A model generated the notes under the pieces. It was not told the origin of the DNA. It did not search any database and saw nothing but the letters and a program-made list of their open reading frames with translations. A DNA stretch of 64,000 nt from Octopus vulgaris. Taxonomy: Eukaryota. Positions 25,341-40,128 of the stretch are shown here, piece by piece. The position numbers and the translations under genes were made by a program. The stretch is from the NCBI GenBank assembly GCA_951406725.2, contig OX597815.1, forward strand, positions 22,568,001 to 22,632,000, in the 5' to 3' direction. Position 1 is the stretch's first letter, and the number at the start of each line of letters is the position of its first letter.

Positions 25341-26583
25341 TCTATTATGGTATTATATGTCTTTTTACCAAGTAAATCTGGAAGAAACTGAGGGTTTTGT
25401 GTTTTATTTTTGTTGCTTTTTCCATGTTTATAGCTTGGTAAACTACTAGACCATCACTCTCTATAGGATACAAATGGATCGATATTGTTCTATAACTCTT
25501 CTTCTACCTCATCTCCGTTGATTTTATTCCAAAACCTTATCTAATCACGATGGAATAGTCAACCAACTAAACGATTTGTTTTAATTTTATCTTCTCTTGT
25601 ACCAATCCATTATCTTCATTATCACCACCTACCGGTGTCCAAGTAGATGTGCATGTTTGAACAATACAGTAGTTGAAGAAGATATACCTGGAATTCTGAA
25701 TTAATTTGCATTCACATCTGTCATTGCTTAAATTCTTTACTGGAGACTACCAAGAGAAAATTACATATGTCTTCCTCAAATGGCACAATGGTTCCTTTGT
25801 GAAAAGCCTTTCAGTCACGATTGTCTTTGTTGCAGTTGTCATCATTGTCATCAACCTCATAGACTTCCTTCTTTTTCTCTTCATCATAACCATCTTCATT
25901 GTCGTTTGTATTGTCATTCTCGTATCCACTATCTCTGCTGCCGTTTTTTTTTATAGCCATCATCGCCATCATAAATAGGATTCTATATATCGACGTTCTT
26001 TTTTCTCGTTGTTTACGTCACCGTGATGATGTCTTTGTTGATAATATAGCAGCTGTTAATAATATCATAAACGTTACGTGTGTCTTGTGTACGTGTTGTG
26101 TGTATGTGTTGTGTGTGTACGCGCTCACACATTCACATAAACACTTCAAAGGAATTTGTTCTCTTTCTTTTATTATTACTATTGATATTAAATGCTAAAT
26201 ATACAATATCATGAAAAAAGAACAACAGATAAGCTAATTAGAGTATGTGAAGGTTACAAATATTGAGAATGATATTCTAAAGAAAGAGAAATGTTCCAAA
26301 GATACAGCAATCTTCCATAAAGGAATATGAAGAACTAAGTTTTAAAACAATAGATTTTAATATTAGAAACGAAAAACATGTGAAAGATTAGGATAAGAAT
26401 TAAGATCTACTGTTTAAAAAAAAATTGACAGCAAATATATGGACACTTTGTGAATTGTTTGAGGAGAGTACGATACGTGTTTTTACACCCAAGTCAACAC
26501 TGTTGGGGCAGAAAAATTATCAAAGTTATTCCAATCGTGACTATCCCTGCTGTTTTATATAATAGAGACTACAATGCTTATAT

Positions 26584-26773
26584 TTGTACCTGTATTTCAA
26601 AGGGTCGGCCTTGTCACTCTCTGTGTCACGCTGAATATCCCCGAGAACCACGTTAAGGGTACACGCGTCTGTGGAGTGCTCAGCCACTTACACGTTAAAT
26701 TCACGAGCAGGCTGTTCCGTTGATCGGATCAACCGGAACCCTCGTCGTCGTAACCGACGGAGTGCTTCCATCC
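26584..26773 (+). mobile_element. SINE family A, 3' half, with an 11-bp TSD
   Basis: The body matches family A with a TCCATCC tail. acaatgcttat occurs at 26571-26581 and 26774-26784. Confidence 0.9.
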
Positions 26774-27088
26774 ACAATGCTTATTTAAGAGGTGAAGAAA
26801 TTTGCGAAATATAAGGCTGCTATTTATAGCAGTTCGAATATCTCCTCACCTGTAAAGGCTTTCCTGAAAGGAAAGCGAATATATTTGAACTAAATAGTGA
26901 TATTCAATAGGTTTTTTAACTACTAAACTGGGTCAAACAAAAAGAAATTCTTCCCTGGCATAATTTCAATAATTTAAGTTTTAGAGACCTAAACGGAAAT
27001 ATTAAGTAGATGATCAATTCTTGCATCCATACGCCATTTCCGTAGATAATATGTATAAAATGTTTATTACAATTGAGTATCTATATTT

Positions 27089-27365
27089 GTGAAGGCGCAT
27101 GGCCTAATGGTTGTGTTTCCTCGCGAGATCGAGGTTTCAATTCCTGGACCGTGTATTGTGTTGTGCTCTTGAGCAAAACATTTCATCTCAAGTCGTTCTG
27201 TGGTCACTTCTACACCTGGTACACGGTGTAGTACACTGCGCACCTATTCAGGTAATGTCGATTTGATGGAGGTAGTGAGCTAATGTATAGCACAAACATT
27301 TGATCACTATAAACAAATCATTTGTGCGGGTTGTTCAGCAAAAATTTACAGAGCCGCCTTTCTCG
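27089..27365 (+). mobile_element. tRNA-derived SINE, diverged, with a distinct body
   Basis: The head gaaggcgcatggcctaatggtt..ggtttcaattcctggacc is A/B-box-like and resembles the family A head. It is followed by gttgtgctcttgagcaaaacatt. Confidence 0.6.
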
Positions 27366-28429
27366 GACTATGAGAGATTGCCATCATTTATAGTCACCTT
27401 CAAAACATCATCTTTCTGTTATCAACCAAAGAGATATTATAAGACCATAATATTAATTTCTACCTTATGCATACAGATACAAGCTTGGAGAAAAAAAAGA
27501 GAAAGAGAGGGGGAGAGGGAGAGAGAGTAGTTAATTATGTTAATACCAGTACTTAATAGGTAACATTTTATCGCACTTGGACTGTTAAAAGGTGCGATTC
27601 AAACGGAGAAAGTAATCGCAATCGATTTCTCGATACAAATAAAAAATATTACATTGATATTCCCACTAAAAGCTATATGATAACACATAAAAATATCGAG
27701 ACGGCCACGAAAAATTTAATGATCTTACGTGATATAAAATGCCTATAATGGCTTTCTTTTCATGCAATTGCTTATATATTTTTTTATATTTTTATGAAAA
27801 GTTACGACTTGCTAAACATCCAGCGACCTCATAGCGCCCTTTTCCCCACTTTCTATCTCCAAAGGTAGCTAGCACACAAGATAAGAACCGCTGATCGAGG
27901 ATTTACGACAATATCAAGGCTCTAAATATATTGATATCCAAGGAAAAAATCTTTCAATACCTTTAATCATAGGTCTGCTCGATCAGCTATAATATTATTA
28001 ACAACCAATTTAGTTTTCACTGAGCTACTTAAGACGACATGATAGATATGTCTTACTGGAAATAACTGCTTTCTATCTGAAAATCACAACCCATCGTCTT
28101 CAAATAAGACAAAAGTATTATATATTTAGGACAATACTAGATAATATAGTCCTAGATACATTGTTTTGGGAATTTGTAGTGATTTTAATCACTACTTCAA
28201 GGTGTGACTATTCTACCTGATATGAGTCCTGCGATCAGCTTGCCCCGGCCGACAGTATATGATATAGGCCAATTTCCAGGGTTACAGATCAGTAGTTGTG
28301 GATAAATAGAATTACTGTTTTATTGAACAAAGGCTAGTGACTAAACTTTTTAATAACTTTGGTCTAAAACCCCTATGGAGTTCTCGTGTTTGACGTGATA
28401 GTCTTCCGGCAACCCCAGCAGTAAAACTG

Positions 28430-29390
28430 GTGCCAAACAACAAGATAGATATGGAGATTCTCGATTCTGGGCAACAGTCAATCGAGATTTGAACTCAAAA
28501 TTCGTCGCTTCACTGCAACTGTAGAAGGTACCAGCAACAACACGGGATGGAGTTGCATCTCTCATATTGGGATTCAGCTCAAATCCTGACTTACATGGTA
28601 CAAAACTCCATTGTCTCTCAAGAAAGATGGATGACAAAGAATGAGAGCTACATTGTTTGGATAGAGATAGAAGAGCCATATCTGATTGGGAATGCCACCA
28701 ATATAGGTCTGGTCAAACAGTACTGGCAGCAACTCAGTCACTGAATGACTTCTGTTGTAAACTTTTCTTCCTTTGTTTCAAGGATATTTTTCTACGGCTA
28801 TTGATGTCTGACAAAAGCTTTCAACCCAGTCTAATATAAATATCTTCACCCTTTGTTTGGCAACTTTGTGTCAAGTTGCTTCATCGTGACGGAGGTTGAC
28901 ACACTTTCATTTTTCAGTATAGTGATTCATTCGCCACTGCATATGACAGTTTGCATTCATACATAAAGGAAACATCACAGCCCTGTAGTGTTGCTCGTAC
29001 GTCTGAACGGTGCAACAACCATGCAATACACACTACCTGATGAACAAATCTGCACAAGTTACTATATATCAACTACATACTTATCATCGAGTTTTTTTTA
29101 TATTTATTCTAGATGTTTTAGGTGTTTTCTACTGCAAGTACAAGGATCCCTGCTCTTCTGAAATTCAATTTATATACTCTTCCTAAACTCATTCCTTCCT
29201 TTCTCCCATATCTTATTTTTTGTCAGACTGATTATGCCACAATGTCTCAACATCGCACTAAGAACTATTTCTAATAGTTTTCCTTAGGAATAAAGTTCTC
29301 TGTAATTTCTTCCACATCTGTTCATCTCACTGCTTGTAAATATCTAGACACAACGTTAACAGTATCAACCCAATCAATCTGCTATACATC
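28430..29390 (+). mobile_element. Very decayed CR1-like LINE 3' remnant
   Basis: Traces such as IGIQLKS*LTW, and a terminal segment that parallels 45200-45290. Heavily frameshifted. Confidence 0.35.
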
Positions 29391-29589
29391 AGTGCTAGAG
29401 ATACTTGAAGGGTAATGGAAATGTTTCCCTTTTCACGACTATTTTATTTTAAAAGGGCAAAATTTTAAATAAATTTGTGATAGCGTTAGTCACGTCACAA
29501 CTGCGGATGTTTGAATGAGAGAGAATGTAAGTGTATGTGTGCGTACGTATGTACGTGTGTGTGTGCGTGCGTGAGTGCGTGAGTGTGTC

Positions 29590-29666
<77 letters not shown>

Positions 29667-30589
29667 GTATATGTGTATGTTTTGACAAGAATCAGAATCC
29701 ATCTTCGCCATTACTTCTTTAATATAGAAAAGAATTGCAATATTAATAACAGTACAGTAACAATAATAAACAAAAAAAGGCGAGGGATCAACAATATTAA
29801 CACTCGGAGCAACGAGAGCAACAATATAAATAACTCCAATAGCAGTTAACAATTAGCAAAAACAATAAACCAACCAAAGACGACGCCAATTCTTTAGCCG
29901 AAGGCAAGTATCTTAGGAAAATGTCAAAGACTTTCTTCGTAGCAAGCCAAAGCATTTTTATTTGGAACTGAATGTATGAAAATAGACAAGGGTAAAATTA
30001 CCAAAATGGTAAACTATGATAAAACAAACAAGAAACACCAAACTCTGTCTCAATCTTTCTATCTTTTAGTTTATTGAGTTATTTGCTAACGCTTTCTACT
30101 TCCTATTCCTGAAAAAAGGTTTCTGGAAGTGTAAGGATATAACAAATATAAACACACGAACAGAGAATAGCAAACAGCCATCGGTTTACATACAACAGTA
30201 CGCACAGAAAATAAAACGTAAAATATGCAGTTTGCTTGGATCTTTTACTCACTTAAGTTTCGGTAAGATTACAACAGTAACCAATACAGTAATAGCAGCA
30301 ACAACAACTGCATTAACGATTTAGAATTTTGCATGAACTGCAGGTTACGGTGCCATACCCTCACCACGTGATCAATGTGCACTGAAGAAATATTTTTTCC
30401 TAAAAACCAACGAGTACATTTTTTTCGCTCATTCGTCTAATTTATTTATTTTCTTTATTTAAAACCGTGCTCTCCATTTACTATCTCCAACACTCTCTCA
30501 TTCACTCGCGCTCGATCACTTCCTCTCTATCTATCGCTGGTTCTCTCCCAACCACACATATATACACGAGAACAAACTCATCGATATAG

Positions 30590-30755
30590 GTACATATATA
30601 GTTTACACGCACACATACATGCACACACACACATGCACACACACACACACATGCACTCACACATACGCACTCACACATACGCACTCACACATCACACCTA
30701 CGCACTGAAACACAAACATACGTACACACAAATACATGCATATATACATATATAT

Positions 30756-30830
<75 letters not shown>

Positions 30831-30904
30831 TACATACATATACGTATATATATATATATACACAGGTTTGTACATTTATACAGGTATGTACATTTGTACA
30901 TATG

Positions 30905-30936
<32 letters not shown>

Positions 30937-30937
30937 C

Positions 30938-30990
<53 letters not shown>

Positions 30991-30995
30991 CATAC

Positions 30996-31026
<31 letters not shown>

Positions 31027-31027
31027 A

Positions 31028-31090
<63 letters not shown>

Positions 31091-31130
31091 TATATATACA
31101 CGGACACATTCACACATGCTTATATACATA
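30590..31130. repeat. Large compound (CA)n/(TA)n/(TACA)n microsatellite field
   Basis: Direct read. Confidence 0.95.
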
Positions 31131-34100
31131 TAGTCCCTTACCCACCCCCTACTTTCACGTACTTTTTTTCTTCAGCATTTCTGTCTTTGCACATTTACAC
31201 ATTCTTTATATTTTATCTATCTTTCACTTTGCCTCTTTCACTTTCACTCTCTCAACCTTCATATATTTATCTCAAATGCTATCTTCGTTAGTTCCTTAAT
31301 TATAACCGTTTATGCTTATTCCTTACATTTTCCTTTTTTTTTTTCTATTTTTCCTAAATGTTCTTTCAAATCTTCCTTCATTTTCTTGGCATTTTTTTTA
31401 GTTCTTTATTTCTTTCAAAATCCCCCACTTCTTTCTATTATTATTTTCACACATGATTATAATATCGTGGTATAAGATATATTTTCGGTACTTGTTGATT
31501 TCATTGGGAATTGGTTTTACATAACAGAGATCTTGGATATTTAAAAAAAGAACGTGAAAGTCTTCGCTCATTTTACTATTTGGTATAACAGATAATAGTG
31601 CTGAGATATCATTCCCTGTAACATACTATCAAATTGTCTGTAAACGTTAAAACTCTACTACAGTTAATATATCAATGGCGTTACTTGCTAACTTAACAAA
31701 ATTGCAACATTTATATAAAATAAGTTCAGCATTAGTCGTCGGTGAAGATTTCACATGAATCACTTGCAGAAAATATATTGTATGCTATAAAAATACTCTC
31801 TAAGGTACCATAACTCAAGCCTTTGATCTTTATTTTACTGAAGCAAGTATTGGATATTCATTAGAATGTTATAAACTGTTTCTGAAAGAAGTTTCATTAC
31901 ATTAAACAATGATACAAGAAAATATTGTCTTACATTCTTTCTCTTATGGCTAGATTCGGTGTCCGTAACGTTAAATTATTTTCAGTTATTTCAGTAGTTC
32001 ACAACTGAACAGATCTCCTCATTCTTTCTTTAAAGAGCAGCACAGTATGAGATACGGAATTCGAAATGCCGGTTTCTTATCTACTTATTACTGAAAATTA
32101 TTGAATTTTTCAGGATATATATATATATTGTGTTACTTTAAAATCTAAATTCAGATATTTATCTAGTTTCTTTATAAGAATACTAGGGAATCCGCACATC
32201 AATGTTTAGATGTTTAGATACTGTTTTGCTTATTCTAAAATGTCAATTTGAACCCCACCTCCTACACACACGTGCGCACACAAATATACTCACATTTAAC
32301 CAGTATAAGCTTTGTGCAGATTTCTCAATATTCAAGAATTAAATTGAATCAAACGTATTGATATGTTTCAAGATAAGAAATTGATTGCTATATATTTGTA
32401 ACTGTACCACTTCGGTTCAATTTATAATCATGCATACAACCTTACTAAGCATTATTAAAATTATTTCTATGAAATAGTCAATTTTTCAGAAAACAATCAC
32501 TTATAAGTTTACATCACATACTATAGTTATACATCTATTGCTACAGATGTATAAGTACACAAATATAATCATGGATATGCAACAAATATATAACTGAATT
32601 TGTTATAATTTTTTACGTGGAAATAGCGCAAGTGAAGTTTAATTTTTAAGAATAATGACTTGGTTCTATCAAGAATTATAGTTATTTATCATTTATTCTG
32701 TTTAAAACTTTTATTATTTTATGGATGCAAATCACTGAACTGCTGCGGTGCCGATATCAAGGATTTAATCGATCATATTACAACGATGAACTTATTTCAG
32801 TCTGTTACTTATTTTGTCGATATCTATTTGTTTCACTACAAGAACACAAGCACTGACACACATGCACACATGCCGAGCAGCCGGATCGAAGTCGAAAAAT
32901 ATAGTCGCAGAAGTAAATTTCTTTACCTCATTTCCATGCATGCCTCAGCAAATATAAATATATTTTTGGCTTAATTACATCGATGTTATTGTTGATGTTT
33001 AGATCAACCCTGACTAATACAGACTTATGATCAAAGGTGTTCCAATCGTGATCACCCCATTTTGTTTAGGATTATATCCATTTTTAAGATATTGATGAAG
33101 ATTTGGTCAAATCACTGGTGATCTGGCTATACTCTAGACGTTGTAAGGAGCTTGCCTCCCTTGTCAGTCATAAGATAAGTGCTTTATCGTGGCTATGAAT
33201 TGTTTTGACTCTTATTTCTAGCAATGCTGGTGCTAAGTAGTACCTGTAGTCTCTTTAGTAACGTCTATAGTTCTGTCTCGTTGCTGTAAATTGTGAATAA
33301 GTCACCATTATTATATACAATTTTCACGTTTACCATTTATGAAATCAGCGTGCAATTTCGACGGTAACTCTTATAAACTGACAAGGTGGGCCACCTTAAC
33401 CCTGAGAAGCCGGGTAAGAGCCACTTACGAGCATAAATAAAAATGCGAAATGTATGTGTGTGTGTGTATGTGTGAGTGCGTGTGTATGTGTGAGTGCGTG
33501 TGTGTGTGTGTATGTGTGAGTGCGTGTGTGTGTGTGTACGTGTGTGTAGGTATATATAGATTCCCTTATTACAACTTATTACATATCGATGCCAGTACAA
33601 ACTTGCCAGCCTAGACTCCACTTATGCGAATATTCCAACGACGATTTGGAGCAGTCTGTTATATTTCATCCGAGTCCAAAATTCTGTCACCGTGCTCTGC
33701 TTCTCAACGTAAAGCGAAATACATATATATATATACAATGAATGAGTCAAGAACCATTACATCAATCGTCTGGAGATTAAAATGTTATCATCCTGATTCT
33801 CGTATGATGAGATACACTTAATAATAGTTTGGTAAACTCTGTCTCTGTTTTGGTTTTCACTTTAAATTCGTATGGTTCAGGATTCTTGAATGAAATTTTC
33901 TACAGCCTTAATTCAAAACCTGATATTTCTTCAGTTCACTCTTTTTTCTAATGAAACGATCATTTTCAAACAGATTTTGTCATAGTTTACTTGATGGTAA
34001 TATATGATTTTATGTAAAATATGTCTATTTATTTTAAAATATGTTCCTGATTTATTTTCCGTCATGGTTTTGCCGATATTTTTTAATATCTTTTATCATA

Positions 34101-34340
34101 TTATTATATAGATATACTGAAGTAAAGGAATCGCCACCACATATGACTGCGAATATTCCAGTTATCCCAATCAAATGAACAACCTATTCTAGGAATTAGA
34201 GTGTAAGTCGCTGAGTACTCCTCCAGCAGAATTATCATGAACCGATGTGAGAAGACTGACCCTTTACAGTCCAGCTTAAGAGCTTCCAGCGAGTTAAAGT
34301 TTAGGGCACTATCTAGGAAGATTTTACTCTAAACTTATAA

Positions 34341-34350
34341 AATAATAATG

Positions 34351-34428
<78 letters not shown>
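34341..34428. repeat. (AAT)n microsatellite
   Basis: Direct read. Confidence 0.95.
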
Positions 34429-34429
<1 letters not shown>

Positions 34430-34514
34430 AGAACTTGGAATTTTGAGGGAAGGGGATAGTCGATAACTTCAACAATATAAACTTTATTTTATGGACCACG
34501 GACGGTCCATTATA

Positions 34515-34567
<53 letters not shown>

Positions 34568-34682
34568 GAGTGAGTAGGAACACGAAAGAAAGAGGCACAG
34601 CCCAGCTCTTCAGGCTCAAGCAACGATCTAGCTTCTTGTCACGAGCCTACGAAACTCTAAGTTGCAAGGGGACCGTTTTTTA

Positions 34683-34692
34683 AGTAGTAGTG

Positions 34693-34759
<67 letters not shown>

Positions 34760-34778
34760 ATAGAATCGGCAAATTGGC

Positions 34779-34828
<50 letters not shown>

Positions 34829-34851
34829 AAGATAGAATTGGCAAATTGGCA
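34683..34851. repeat. (AGT)n microsatellite with a duplicated 22-bp unique spacer
   Basis: agatagaat(c/t)ggcaaattggca follows each of two AGT runs. Confidence 0.92.
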
Positions 34852-35865
34852 TCACGTTGCCTTTCATGCTTTTGGAGTCCAAAACAAAGTGCTAGTATAA
34901 GGCAATGGACTAGTGAAACCGGTAGGTTTAAACCTCACCATGTTAGTTTAAACCTCACCATGACTTATCAGTCATCATAAAAAGGATTAGAACTCCATGT
35001 ACACAGCCATAGTTAACCATGTATGCACATAGATATGTACATGCATGAATGTATGTACGTGCATACACACACAAACAGACAAACACACACATACAAACGT
35101 ATGCATGCGTATGTTTATTAATGTGCAATGTAATATTACTAAATTCCTACGTACAGTAAGCTCCAAGCATGCAGAGTCTATTTCTATTCCAAGTTGTAGC
35201 TATTTCGTTTACTTCACAAATGCATGTGAAATTGTTATTGTCACAAATCTCTGACGTCCAGTACTGTTTAACTCTCAGATATTTATGGCTAATCACTTTC
35301 TTTTTTTCATTTATTTTATGTAATGTCATTTTTTAAAAATGTATTCATTTCAGTTTGAGTTTCAAATAGACATTTATTTTCATATACATGAACATAATAA
35401 TCATTTATTCGATTAGCTGTAGTGATAGACATAGCTGCAAAAATGCTTTACTGAACAGCAAAAATACGTTTTAACATTGGAAATTTGTAATGAACCAGAA
35501 AAGGTGAGAATTCAAAGTGCAACTCAGCAACATAAAAATATTGACAATTTATCTAACTGCTATGCACAAATATCCTTAAGACACGCATCGAATTATTTCA
35601 GATTTTTTCCACACACCTACATTTTTGAACTCAATAAACCATTGATTAACTAAATTATTTTTAGATCAATAACCTCATCTTTACATATCTGTCCCGACCA
35701 ATGCGATGTTTGTATTGACAGAAAAAAAAAACGAATCCAATGCGATTTACATCTGAATGAATATTATGAGGGGGAAAAACGATTTCTTTCAATTTACCTT
35801 ATAAATGACGTTTATATTTTCGTTAATAATTAAACATGTACGTTGTTTCATTTAGCTTCAAGTGT

Positions 35866-35866
35866 T

Positions 35867-35939
<73 letters not shown>

Positions 35940-35952
35940 CAGCAGCAGTAGC
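35866..35952. repeat. (AGT)n microsatellite
   Basis: Direct read. Confidence 0.95.
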
Positions 35953-36370
35953 TCTGTGATGATGATGTTAGGCAGAAGTAAAATGTGGAACGGCTTCTTT
36001 GTGTAGTAACAGACGGATCAAGCAGCTTACCACAAAATGCACGCCAAACATTACCTTCGCATAAGACACAACATTGTTACTAAAATCATCTACAATGCCG
36101 TCCTCAAGAAGAAGTGCTCTGATAGCCACAACAAAGCACACCAAGACCATAACGTTCAAAATAAAGGAACTGAAGGAACATTCCAATGAAAACAGCAATC
36201 TAATTAAATACGAATAGGCCAGACACTGTTCTATGAGACGGGGAGCAAAAATAACGCACTGTTAGACAGATGCGCTACCCATTCAATGGAAATGTTTCAA
36301 CTAAAATGGGAGAAAAACAGAACTATGGTGAACAAATAAAAAACGTACAGACTATAGATTTTTATTTACA

Positions 36371-36645
36371 TCTGGCCGATGCCAGCGCCGCCTTGGCTGG
36401 CTTCCGTGCCGGTGGCACGTTAAAAGCACCAACCGATCGTGGCCGATGCCAGAGCTCCCCCCCCTGGCACCTGTGCAGGTGGCACGTAAAAAACACCCAC
36501 TACACTCGCGGAGTTGTTGGCGTTAGGAAGGGCATCCAGCCGTAGAAACACTGCCAGATCAGACTGGAGCCTGGTGTTGCCCCTGGCTTCCCAGACCCCG
36601 GTCGAACCGTCCAACCCGTGCTAGCGCGGAAAACGGACGTTAAAC

Positions 36646-36680
<35 letters not shown>
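36371..36680 (+). mobile_element. 5'-truncated SINE (family D) with a V-domain-like motif and (GAT)n tail
   Basis: A GC-rich block containing GGCGTTAGGAAGGGCATCCAGCCGTAGAAAC, which resembles the V-SINE core as I recall it. It has an internal ~65-bp tandem unit and ends ggacgttaaac(gat)n. Confidence 0.7.
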
Positions 36681-36681
<1 letters not shown>

Positions 36682-37799
36682 CTATTATTATAGGTGAACT
36701 GAGCTGTATAACAGCCGACTCGCATAAAAATCTAAAAATGTTAAGGTTCTCCGAGAAAGAACAAAAGAAACTCATTCGTGTCCTCAAATACAATTGGTAG
36801 ATTGTATATACATTGTATATATATATATATATATGTAGATAAGTAGAAAATATCCCAAGGATTCTTCATTTGAGTTTCTTGAAATGAATGTATACACAAT
36901 CGCAGAATCATATAGCATACGTACACATACTTAAAGAGTAATAAACATACACTCGTGGGTACTGAAGATACATGCACATCTATTACGTAAGAGCTAAACT
37001 ATCTTCATACGAGCCTACATATATGTACACGTTAACTCACCCATACATTCACAATAGAACTGATTTTCTCGAAGAGACAAGTCCTCAGTCCGTTAGTTAT
37101 TGACTCGAAATCTGTGATTAAATAGCTTAATATTTTTAGTTTCCTTACAAATACTAATAGTTGACATACTAGACGGTACAGTAGCGTAGATTTGCAACTT
37201 GGCATTAAGATGAAGTAAACACTAGCCACTAGTGTTTACTTCTATACCAACAGTGATACTGAGAGCATCTATGCACGCATTAAGCTACATATTCATAATT
37301 TTCTATATGCCCACGCCTAATAAGAATGCTATAGGAATATCCCTGTTAAAACCTTTGTAAAATATGAGCAAAACAAATTAAAAACAATATGTGGTAGTGA
37401 AAAGAAAATGTGCTCAGTTATAGCAATCAGATGTGCAGCAGATGTTAAAGATAAACAGAAAAAAAACTTGTATAACGAATTTAGTATCAGTGGATATTAA
37501 CTCAGACAATAACTTTAGATCTATACCTATGAGTATTGAAGTATATGGTAATGTAATTATTTCAGCACCGATCTTGAGAAGCAGGGATTCAGAAATCCAG
37601 GAGGAAATTACAATTACAAGCCACTTATAAAATTGAAGTAATACATAAAACATTTCGAAATTTTTGCCTGTAGTACGTTCTCTTACATTCTAGCATTAGA
37701 ACTGCAAGAGCATTATGAGATATATTCTTCCTTTGGAGTTTGTGTAACTTATTCTTCGTAAAATTCAACATATGTGCACATAAATATACATGACATATT

Positions 37800-38490
37800 T
37801 GTTTCAAATGTTGGCACAAGTCCAAGCTCGGGGGTGAGGGTAGGTCGATTAAATCGACCCCTGTGTACAACTGACACTTATTTTATCTACCCCAAAAGGA
37901 TGAAAGGTAAAGTCGCTGCCTTCACACGGGGAAGTAATATTGGTTTCAAATTTTTGGCACAAGGCCAGCAATTTTGGAAGCGGGAGTAAGTTGATTATGT
38001 CATCTCCAGTAATCAACTGGTACTTAGTTTATCGACTGACCACGAAAGAATTAAAGGCAAATGCCGCTAATCCTTTTGCCCGATGTGCTAACGATTCTAC
38101 CAGCTTACCGCCTTACAGAGAAGTAATATTCATTTTCTTACTACAGACACAAAATTTTGAGGGAAGAGAAAAGTCGATTGCATAGACCCTGGTACTTAAA
38201 TGGAACTTATCTTATCGACCCCGAAACGATAAAAGGCAATGTCGACCTCCGCAAAATTTGACGAAATACCATTAAGAATTTTTCTCGGCGTGCTATCGAT
38301 TCTGCTATTTAGTCACCTTACAGAGAAGTATATTAGTAATCAACTGGTACTTAGTTTATCGACTGACCACGAAAGAATTAAAGGCAAATGCCGCTAATCC
38401 TTTTGCCCGATGTGCTAACGATTCTGCTATTTAGTCACGGCGTGCTACCGATACTGCTATTTAGTCACATTACAGAGAAGCATATTAGCA
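37800..38490 (-). mobile_element. Cluster of SINE family B fragments with internal duplications
   Basis: Repeated tttggcacaag..gtcgatta..actggtactta.tttatcgac..aaaggcaa..tgctaacgattct motifs. Confidence 0.75.
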
Positions 38491-39200
38491 CCTTTGTTGA
38501 TTTTACTTGTCTCCGAAAGAATTTCCTTGTCCCTCTAGAATTATTTCCTGCCCAGTTATTCCGTTTTCACAAATCAGTTGCAGCATTGTGTGTATGCGTG
38601 TGTGTGTACAGTCAGTTGGCATAATTTTATTGTATATTAATATATTGCAACTGATATCTGAGGGAGTTTCAATGCTCAACCACATATACAACAAATACGT
38701 AGATTGTGAACTTATTTATGTATGCCTATGGTAAAATATTTGAAAGCAACATATAACGAAGCAAATGAAAAGATGGCTGGGAAGATTGTATCAGCTCGTA
38801 GACATAATAATTCACCGTTGAAAATCATGAAATGCTGTTACAAACGGAAACCAAAGTGGTCGGCATTCTTTTTTGAACGCTTCGATTAGAAACATAAAAG
38901 GTTTTATAAGGCCACCAATGAACCAGTTGACCAATCAGTCGGTAAAATATCCAGTCTGTTACTGACAAAGATTATTTAGCTGTTTTCGCTAAATTTATTG
39001 TGTAGATATCTAATCAGAAAAATTCATATATGCATATGTGTGTTTATATGTGCACATTAATATTTTCAAAATACGGTTCGCAGCACATGCAAACACAAGT
39101 AATCGGTCTAGAAATATGAACAATTATCATCTAAAGCTGATGTTTTGCGTATCAAACCGAAATGAATTGTCTGCAGACAATATATATAGATATATATATA

Positions 39201-39362
39201 GGCGCAGGAGTGGCTGTGTGGTAAGTAGCTTGCTAACCAACCACATGGTTGCGGGTTCAGTCCCACTACGTGGCACCTTGGGCAAGTGTCTTCTACTATA
39301 GCCTCGGGCCGACCAAGGCCTTGTGAGTAGATTTGGTAGACGGAAACTGAAAGAAGCCCGTC

Positions 39363-39399
<37 letters not shown>

Positions 39400-39597
39400 T
39401 GTGTGTCTGTGTTTGTCCCCCTATTGCTTGACAACCGACACTGGTGTGTTTATGTCCTCGTCACTTAGCGGTTCGCCAAAAGTGACCGATAGAATAAGTA
39501 CTGGGCTTACAAAGAATAAGTCCCGGGGTCGAGTTGCTCGATTAAAGGCGGTGCTCCACCATGGCCGCAGTCAAAATGACTGAAACAAGTAAAAAAA
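39201..39597 (+). mobile_element. SINE family C (tRNA head, CORE-like ccttgggcaagt, internal (TA)n)
   Basis: A box TGGCTGTGTGG and B box GGTTCAGTCCC. Closely similar to 41409-41800. Confidence 0.88.
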
Positions 39598-39937
39598 ATA
39601 ATTTATGAATGGAGATACTGCTATTTGTAATTTCGTATATACGCGCAAACAAGTGCGCACATCATGCTTACACAAGTACACACACCGCACATATATATTT
39701 GTACATGAATAAACTTAAAATGTACTTGTGTATATACGGTCTCTGCCGATATCTATAATATATATACGTGTGTGTGTGTGTGTACGTGTGTATGTGTGTA
39801 TGTGTGTGTGTATATATACATACATATATACACTAATATTTAACACATGGGTATATATATAGATGTACATATATATTTACATGCACTAACATATTCATAC
39901 ATGTATGTACACATATATATACATGTAAATATACATG

Positions 39938-39986
<49 letters not shown>

Positions 39987-40082
39987 ATGTATGTATGTAT
40001 ATACATATATATACATGTAAATAAACATGTGTATTTATGTAAGATTATATACATATATACATATATATAAATATACATATAC

Positions 40083-40127
<45 letters not shown>

Positions 40128-40128
<1 letters not shown>

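Noticed and set aside
30633-31299. Long ORFs rich in YI, HT or VC dipeptides here and elsewhere
   Set aside because: Translations of microsatellites.
34590-34625. Minus-strand CTGAAGAG motif after (TA)n
   Set aside because: No matching GAAA or stem III downstream.
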